Sequence record: NC_041917.1 | Length of the DNA stretch: 64,000 nucleotides | Strand: one strand, 5' to 3' | Shown here: positions 57,908 to 64,000 of the stretch, one piece after another | Numbering within the stretch: the first letter of the stretch is position 1 | How the letters are laid out: each line of letters begins with the position of its first letter | The notes under the pieces: model-generated | The model's input: only the letters and a program-made list of their open reading frames with translations | Databases searched by the model: none | Told to the model about the DNA's origin: nothing | Program-made: the position numbers and the translations under genes

Positions 57908-58699
57908 ATGGAACTCGAAAGCTTTCTTTTAAATCGTGGACAACCACGCCTAGTATTTGCAACTGGTGCTGGATTATCAAAAGAATCTGGTATTAATACT
58001 TTCCGTGACGCTGACGATGAAGGCTTGTGGGATCAGTACAATGTGGATGAGATTTGTAATATTGCAACTTTCCATATTAATTATCAAAAAGTACATCATT
58101 TTTATAATATGCTTCGTGTAAATTTAGCAAATGTTGAACCAAATATTGGTCACCATATAATTGCTGAATACCAACAACTATATGGTCATGACCGTGTATT
58201 ACATATTACTGCTAATGTTGATGATTTGGCAGAACGTGCTGGTGGTACAGCTATGCATGTTCATGGTAAACTGACTGAAGTGGTAGAACCATATAGTACC
58301 AATAGTGAGGATTATGAAGTACTGACCGTTGGTTATGAGAATTTCACACCAACACCAGGAATTATTTCTAAACCAAATATTGTAATGTTTGGAGAAGGTT
58401 ACTGGTTCACCGATGGTGTACGTAAACCAATTTATGATGATCTATATCGAGTACTTGATAATTTAACGTCACAAGATACCGTTATTATTATTGGATCATC
58501 TGATACTGTAATTCCTTGGTCTGTGTATGTTGGTTTAGCTACACCTGCTGAGACACTTAATGTGAATCCAGAAGCCCATGAAAAAGATGATTACTTTACT
58601 TATAATATGTACCAACCAATAAGTAATTCAGTAACAATGATCGATCAGTACGTTCATTCCCGTATGGATCGTCCTGATTATAGCAATGAAGAATACTAA
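57908..58699 (+). CDS. Sir2/sirtuin-family NAD-dependent enzyme
   Basis: TGAGLSKESGINTFRD, TANVDDL.ERAG, HVHG, KPNIVMFGE. Confidence 0.9.
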   Translation: MELESFLLNRGQPRLVFATGAGLSKESGINTFRDADDEGLWDQYNVDEICNIATFHINYQKVHHFYNMLRVNLANVEPNIGHHIIAEYQQLYGHDRVLHITANVDDLAERAGGTAMHVHGKLTEVVEPYSTNSEDYEVLTVGYENFTPTPGIISKPNIVMFGEGYWFTDGVRKPIYDDLYRVLDNLTSQDTVIIIGSSDTVIPWSVYVGLATPAETLNVNPEAHEKDDYFTYNMYQPISNSVTMIDQYVHSRMDRPDYSNEEY

Positions 58700-58708
58700 G
58701 GTTATTTT

Positions 58709-59617
58709 ATGATAGGTTATGAAGAAATTGAATTTGGTACACGCTCAGATCGTTTTGACTGTGTATTCGTGTGGATTTACGCACGTAATTGCACCCCGTA
58801 TACTGGCTACCCTTATAATGACATTCCAAATGTTAGTCTAGTACTAACAGAATTGCGGTATGACGGTTTATTTGGAGCAGTGGGTGGAGCAGTAGAAGCA
58901 GATGATTTGAATCTAGAAGTTGCAGTACATCGTGAAGCAATGGAAGAAATTGCATATGATTTGCCTATTGAACGTTTAGAACCTCTGGCAACATATAAAA
59001 ATAAAATGAGTGGTTCTCATATTCATAGTTTCTCATTAGAAGTAACTTATGAAGAACTGCTTGAAATACGTAAGAACGCATACAACGGCGAGCATTTTAA
59101 TGCTGAGAATGCAGGTATTAATTTACTTCATATTTGTCGGTACTTAAAAGGTGGAAAAGTCGAATGTGGTTGGAATACAATTCTTGAACAGAATTTTGTT
59201 AGTACTTCTAAATTAGAACTAATGAAACTTGCTCGTACTAAAAATCTTGTCATTAATTATGTTGATGACAGTAAAGCACATACGGGTTCTTACAAGATGT
59301 TTATTGATGATCTTCGTGATGTTGAACAGTACTATCCAAATGAAGAATTTGTTGTGGTACGTACATATCAAGAAGCTGTTCAATATGTCAAAGAACATGG
59401 TATGCCATCTTTTGTGTCATTTGATCATGATTTGGGTGATACTGTTAACAAAGATGAAGAAACAGGATATACATTTGCTAAGTACTTAGTGGATTATATG
59501 ATGGATAATCGGATTGCAGTACCTTTCGAATATCATGTTCATAGTGCAAATCCAGTTGGTGCCATGAATATTATGTCCTATTTGGAAAACGCATTTAAAT
59601 TTATTCGGAGTTTATAA
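58709..59617 (+). CDS. NUDT16-like NUDIX fused to cyclic-phosphate-processing receiver domain
   Basis: LRYDGLFGAVGG..LE..VHREAMEEI; C-terminal FIDDLR..SFDHDLG..TGY..HSANPVG. Confidence 0.75.
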   Translation: MIGYEEIEFGTRSDRFDCVFVWIYARNCTPYTGYPYNDIPNVSLVLTELRYDGLFGAVGGAVEADDLNLEVAVHREAMEEIAYDLPIERLEPLATYKNKMSGSHIHSFSLEVTYEELLEIRKNAYNGEHFNAENAGINLLHICRYLKGGKVECGWNTILEQNFVSTSKLELMKLARTKNLVINYVDDSKAHTGSYKMFIDDLRDVEQYYPNEEFVVVRTYQEAVQYVKEHGMPSFVSFDHDLGDTVNKDEETGYTFAKYLVDYMMDNRIAVPFEYHVHSANPVGAMNIMSYLENAFKFIRSL

Positions 59618-59919
59618 TGAAACGCATGTTTTGGTCAGCATTGTTAGCTGCATTTATAGTTTGGGTAATTTCTTGGGCGGTAACTTCAGGTAAAAGTACT
59701 GAACACCAAAACGTATATTATAATACTGGACAAATTGTTGCATTGGGTCAGTGTAAAGGTGGAGAATGTTCATACCAATATAAAGATAATACTGGCTCAT
59801 TGCAATATGCAACATCATCAAAACCAGTTAGTTTAGGCCAACTGGTATATCAAGAATGTTGGTACGAGGAAGCAAAAGGAGATCGCTGCTACGTCGAGTA
59901 CCAACCTAGCAAAAATTAA
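59617..59919 (+). CDS. membrane-anchored protein
   Basis: N-terminal TM, Cys pairs. Confidence 0.7.
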   Translation: MKRMFWSALLAAFIVWVISWAVTSGKSTEHQNVYYNTGQIVALGQCKGGECSYQYKDNTGSLQYATSSKPVSLGQLVYQECWYEEAKGDRCYVEYQPSKN

Positions 59920-59991
59920 TGGTATTTTAGAGTATTAAATACTATTAGTTAATACAAAGTGTTATGCACACAAACTATAAAAAGGATGTTT

Positions 59992-61446
59992 ATGAAACGA
60001 TATGTTCTTGACACAAACGTGATTCTTAGTGACCCACATGCAATTCTTGCATTTGAAGGTTCACATGTTATTCTTCCATTCACAGTACTAGAAGAATTAG
60101 ATTCCATTAAGAGTCGCAAAGTTGATATTAGTAGAGATGCACGTGTTGCGGTTCGCAATATTAGTGCTATTCTTGAAGGTGCAACTCATGAAGAAATTGC
60201 CACCACTGGTGTTCCAATTTCACGTACTCACACCAATATTCACGAGGATACCCGTCTTTTTGTTCTAACCATTGAAGAACTTGATGCAATTAAAACATTA
60301 ACTGGAACTACTTCAGATGATGTTGAATATGCAAAAAATGAAACTCTACGTAATAGCACTGTACCAGATGATAAAATTATTCTAGTTGCAAAACTAAGTA
60401 ATTCTGTACTAGTAACTCGTGATATTAATATGCGAATTAAAGCACTTGCATATGGTGTTGAAGTTCAAGATTATCGTCATGATGTAACAATCGAAGATTC
60501 TGATTTGATTCATACTGGTCACCATGAAGTTGAAGGTTCTATTTGGGATCGCCTTGGTACTGTTTATTCTGAACAACATGGCACCAAACTATTACACTTC
60601 GTACCAAAGGATCAAGTTGATTTCCTACCACCAAATATTTGTGTAGGCGATTTCGTTTATGACGAAGCTGATGTACTTTTTGTTTATGAAGGTGAAGGTG
60701 CACGTTTGGATGAGAATGATGAACCAATTGATGATGAGCAATATGTTGCCTTTATTGATGTTGGACAATCTTCTGCACTAAATCGTAAAGTTTGGCATAT
60801 CAAAGCTAAAAATATCCAACAAGCTATGGCAATTAACAGTATTATGGATAGTGATGTTCATATTACAGTACTATTAGGTTCAGCAGGTACTGGTAAGACT
60901 CTAATTACAATGGCATGTGCGTTAGATCTAGTAATGGAACTAAAGCATAAAAACAAACGTTATGAACGTATTATTTTCTCCAAAACCCAAGATTCCCAAT
61001 TCGAAGATATTGGTTTCTTACCAGGTACTGAAATGGAAAAAGTAATGCCATTCTGTGGTGCGGCAGTTGACGCATTGGAATATCTACACAAAGATGATGC
61101 AAATCCTCAAGGATCAATCGATGAGATTTTAAAACGTAATAAGTTCCAATTCAAAGCATTGAACTTCGTTCGTGGACGTAGTTTCATTAATACAATTCTT
61201 ATTGTAGATGAATTCCAAAATATTACTCCTGCACAAGCAAAAACCATTTTGACTCGTGCTGGTGAGAACTGTAAAGTAATCATTATGGGTAACTTATCTC
61301 AGATTGACAATAAGTTTGTAAGTCCAACTAATAGTGGATTAACTTATGTTACTGAGAAGTTCAAAGATTGGGAAGGTTGTAGAATCATTGAACTAGAAGG
61401 TGTTGTTCGTTCACCACTAGCTGCTTTTGCAGAAGAAAATCTATAA
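59992..61446 (+). CDS. phoH: PIN-PhoH family protein
   Basis: YVLDTNV PIN domain; GSAGTGKT, RGRS, IVDEFQN, GNLSQID. Confidence 0.93.
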   Translation: MKRYVLDTNVILSDPHAILAFEGSHVILPFTVLEELDSIKSRKVDISRDARVAVRNISAILEGATHEEIATTGVPISRTHTNIHEDTRLFVLTIEELDAIKTLTGTTSDDVEYAKNETLRNSTVPDDKIILVAKLSNSVLVTRDINMRIKALAYGVEVQDYRHDVTIEDSDLIHTGHHEVEGSIWDRLGTVYSEQHGTKLLHFVPKDQVDFLPPNICVGDFVYDEADVLFVYEGEGARLDENDEPIDDEQYVAFIDVGQSSALNRKVWHIKAKNIQQAMAINSIMDSDVHITVLLGSAGTGKTLITMACALDLVMELKHKNKRYERIIFSKTQDSQFEDIGFLPGTEMEKVMPFCGAAVDALEYLHKDDANPQGSIDEILKRNKFQFKALNFVRGRSFINTILIVDEFQNITPAQAKTILTRAGENCKVIIMGNLSQIDNKFVSPTNSGLTYVTEKFKDWEGCRIIELEGVVRSPLAAFAEENL

Positions 61447-61493
61447 TATTGTTGGGGATACTTATGTATCCCCGTTTTATTAAGGAAGAATAT

Positions 61494-61928
61494 ATGGAAA
61501 TATATCTATCAGGAATAGTATTGAAATTAAATGAACCAAATCATAATGGTAGAATTTATTCACAGAAAGAAGTTTCAAAAAATATTAGTAATTTGCAAAC
61601 TGATATATTAAGCGGGTCATTGCTTTCTGAAATTGATCCACTTGAGAGAACTACAACTATTAATTTAGATAATGTTGGTGGTTTAGTTGCACGATTAGAA
61701 ATTGTAAATGATAACTTAGAAAGTACTGTTCAAATATTACCAACGGTTAGAGGCCAGCAGCTTATTAGAATGTTGGAAGGTAATGGTGAAGTATTTTTAA
61801 GTTCTCGCGGTACTGGTCAAATTGATAGTGATGGAAATGTTACTAATTATGAATTAATTACAGTTGATATTTTACCATTCCACCTATGCGACGACCCCGA
61901 TAAAATTTGCAAAGTGATAGTGAAATAA
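61494..61928 (+). CDS. T4 gp21-like prohead protease homologue
   Basis: NHNGRIYS, ILPTVRG, LSSRGTG, YELITVD. Confidence 0.7.
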   Translation: MEIYLSGIVLKLNEPNHNGRIYSQKEVSKNISNLQTDILSGSLLSEIDPLERTTTINLDNVGGLVARLEIVNDNLESTVQILPTVRGQQLIRMLEGNGEVFLSSRGTGQIDSDGNVTNYELITVDILPFHLCDDPDKICKVIVK

Positions 61929-61988
61929 TTGAAACAGCAGTGAAAATTGTGGTATAATGTACCCATAACAAAAGAGAAGGAAACGAAG

Positions 61989-62243
61989 ATGGCTAAGCAA
62001 AACGATAAAGATGTAAAAAGTACCCGCAAAGAACTTATGTACAAAAACGAGCAGCTTGAGAATCTATTAGAGCTACGCCGCAAGGGTATTCTAACCCGTC
62101 AGCAGTTCCGTCTATTGACCTTTGATAAAGGTCTACAGGGCAGCACCAAGGGTTCTCCACTAATCGAAGTGTTCGAGTTGGAGAAACAAGGAAAGGGTAA
62201 ACCAGTCCTTGTCCAAAAAGTTCGTCAATGGACTCGCACTTAA
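61989..62243 (+). CDS. basic hypothetical protein
   Basis: Own promoter, AAGGA SD. Confidence 0.75.
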   Translation: MAKQNDKDVKSTRKELMYKNEQLENLLELRRKGILTRQQFRLLTFDKGLQGSTKGSPLIEVFELEKQGKGKPVLVQKVRQWTRT

Positions 62244-62371
62244 TTTCTGGCCTGTTTTGATATAAACAACATAAATAAGTTTACAATAATAAAAATATTT
62301 TTGACTCCATGTTGTTTATATTACATTCTTTTAAGGCCACGCAATGTGGCCTTTTTTATTGGAAAAATAAA

Positions 62372-63097
62372 ATGATTAACAAAGAAGAAGTAAGTAAAGC
62401 AGCAAGAGAAATTGTTCATCACATTATTCTAGATAATATCTATGGATATTTCGAAGAATTAGGTACACCAAATATTGTTGTGTACGGTTCATTCATCGAA
62501 ATGACTTCTGGTTTTGATGTGAAGCCAAATGATATTGATGTTACGATTGTACTTGATGGGGAGTTACCTGAACCACGTCATAAATCATTCTATTTAAACT
62601 TTGTTGAACTACCCATTAATGTAGAGTATATGAGTCGTGAATCATTTCAAAAAGAATTGCATTCATTTCAACCAAAATACTTTATGTGCACAGCTACTCC
62701 TGAACTAAGTGAAGAAATTGATTCTGTATGGAAGAATAAAGAAATTCACGAAGTACGTTCTGGTATAAGTTCAGTAACTTCCAAAGCCTTTGATAAAGGT
62801 CGTAAAAAACTACTAGTTGAAGATGACTATGATGAAGTACTAGGATTAAAAAATATCTATCATGCGTTTAAGTTTCCAATTTATGCTAAATGGTATTTCT
62901 ATCCAGAATTGGCTGAACGTGATTATATTACAGACATTCAGTACTTGAATGAGATTCATAAAGGAATTTATGAGGCTTACAATAATAGTACTGGCACATT
63001 AGAAGAACGTTGTGCGGCGGTTGTACAATTTGCTAAACCACATCATTTATCATTGATGACTGGCTTCCGCATACTATTTCCTAAAAAGGTAGAATAA
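62372..63097 (+). CDS. nucleotidyltransferase-domain protein
   Basis: VYGSF..NDIDV motif. Confidence 0.65.
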   Translation: MINKEEVSKAAREIVHHIILDNIYGYFEELGTPNIVVYGSFIEMTSGFDVKPNDIDVTIVLDGELPEPRHKSFYLNFVELPINVEYMSRESFQKELHSFQPKYFMCTATPELSEEIDSVWKNKEIHEVRSGISSVTSKAFDKGRKKLLVEDDYDEVLGLKNIYHAFKFPIYAKWYFYPELAERDYITDIQYLNEIHKGIYEAYNNSTGTLEERCAAVVQFAKPHHLSLMTGFRILFPKKVE

Positions 63098-63309
63098 TGA
63101 TAGTGTTTATAATTATTGGAATGGTTTTATTATTTCTATTTGGCCTCGCTGCTATTATTGGAAGTGTTATTATTCCAATGTATGTATGTGCATGGACAGG
63201 AAAAGTATCAAAGGGTGAGATTGCAATCAGTATTATAATGTTTGTAATTGGTGCATTTTCATGGTACTATGTGTTTTCTCATATGAGTCTCAACATAGGT
63301 ATTAGTTAA
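63097..63309 (+). CDS. membrane protein
   Basis: Hydrophobic segments. Confidence 0.7.
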   Translation: MIVFIIIGMVLLFLFGLAAIIGSVIIPMYVCAWTGKVSKGEIAISIIMFVIGAFSWYYVFSHMSLNIGIS

Positions 63310-63523
63310 TGGGTGAAATTATTTTTGCATTAATTGAATGTTTAGTTGAATTAATGTGTATGGGTGCAGCAGGATTTTGGATTGTTATGTGTATTTTAGC
63401 AATTGCTGCTGTTGCTGGTTTTGGTTATTGGGCATATATTTGTTAAGGAATTAAAATGATATTACTTATAAAAGGGCGAATGACTTTCCGATTATGAATT
63501 TTTAATCATAATAAGGAGGACAT

Positions 63524-64000
63524 ATGTTCTTTAAGCAAAAATTTAAAATCTGCTATGATAATGGCAATTTCGTAGAAGTTGATGATTTATTAGGATATAT
63601 TGGTTACACTTACGGTGCAGCCGAAGCATTCTACCAAAGAATGAAATTCACTGTTAAAATTGATAAAAGTAGCTTCTGGTCATATTCTCATTCAAGTATG
63701 AATGATTTGGTTGAAACATTTTACTTATTCACTGAAAACAATATCATGATTTCTCCTGAATTGTTTAAAGGTGAGTACTTAAAATATCGTAATCTAGAAA
63801 CTCAAATTTGGCACAGAAATCGTTTATATTCAATGAAACAATGGCGTCATTTCAATTATCGTCGCAGTCATACGACTACCTATGATCGTCGTATGGAAAC
63901 TATCGCAGAACGCCGAGCTATTGCTGGTGTTGTGAAAGAAGAAGGTGAACCAGAATTTCGTGGTCGCCGCCGTTGTATTCCTAATCCGTGGGATGATATA
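63524..64000 (+). CDS. conserved phage protein, truncated by window end
   Basis: AAGGAGG SD; open to the end; RGRRRCIPNPWDD. Confidence 0.7.
   Translation, partial: MFFKQKFKICYDNGNFVEVDDLLGYIGYTYGAAEAFYQRMKFTVKIDKSSFWSYSHSSMNDLVETFYLFTENNIMISPELFKGEYLKYRNLETQIWHRNRLYSMKQWRHFNYRRSHTTTYDRRMETIAERRAIAGVVKEEGEPEFRGRRRCIPNPWDDI

Noticed and set aside
1-64000. tRNA genes, integrase/transposase, and Acb2/Tad-type sponge proteins
   Set aside because: No cloverleaf with T-loop and CCA and no such motifs were recognised by eye; absence is not proven without tRNAscan or HMM searches.

Overview
This window is almost certainly part of a large lytic enterobacterial jumbo myophage genome. The gene set resembles GAP32/PBECO4/RaK2/CBB-like phages; that assignment is my inference. 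The sequence is AT-rich and all credible genes are on + except one Ig-domain gene. No tRNA or CRISPR array was seen. (1) About 1-19.9 kb is a probable early/host-takeover or terminal region. It holds ~45 short, mostly monocistronic genes, each with its own sigma70 promoter, and many -35 boxes lie inside the preceding terminator stem. It also holds two structured ORF-free transcripts, a 15-bp perfect inverted repeat, and 12 copies of a non-coding element G(C/A)GAAAT-N5-7-(A)CCC-N3-4-GGGT(G/A)(C/T) placed 12-13 nt after its own -10 box. (2) About 20-30 kb is a tandem array of 8-9 divergent paralogues sharing an E-x-x-x-F-Q-x-x-T motif, interrupted by an ART-like gene. (3) 30.3-30.9 kb is a ~650-nt ORF-free region rich in helices, a candidate large ncRNA. 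(4) 31-64 kb carries nucleotide, RNA-repair and counter-defence genes: m6A MTase, SpoT-type HD hydrolase plus nucleotidyltransferase, Rnl1, Pnk, phosphatases, DNA ligase, ClpP, dCMP deaminase, NadM-NUDIX and NadV sharing a private double-hairpin leader, an Acb1-like 2H phosphoesterase, Sir2, a NUDT16-like/receiver fusion and PhoH. GTAC/AGTACT is strongly over-represented throughout. All protein family calls come from motifs recognised by eye; no database search was run.
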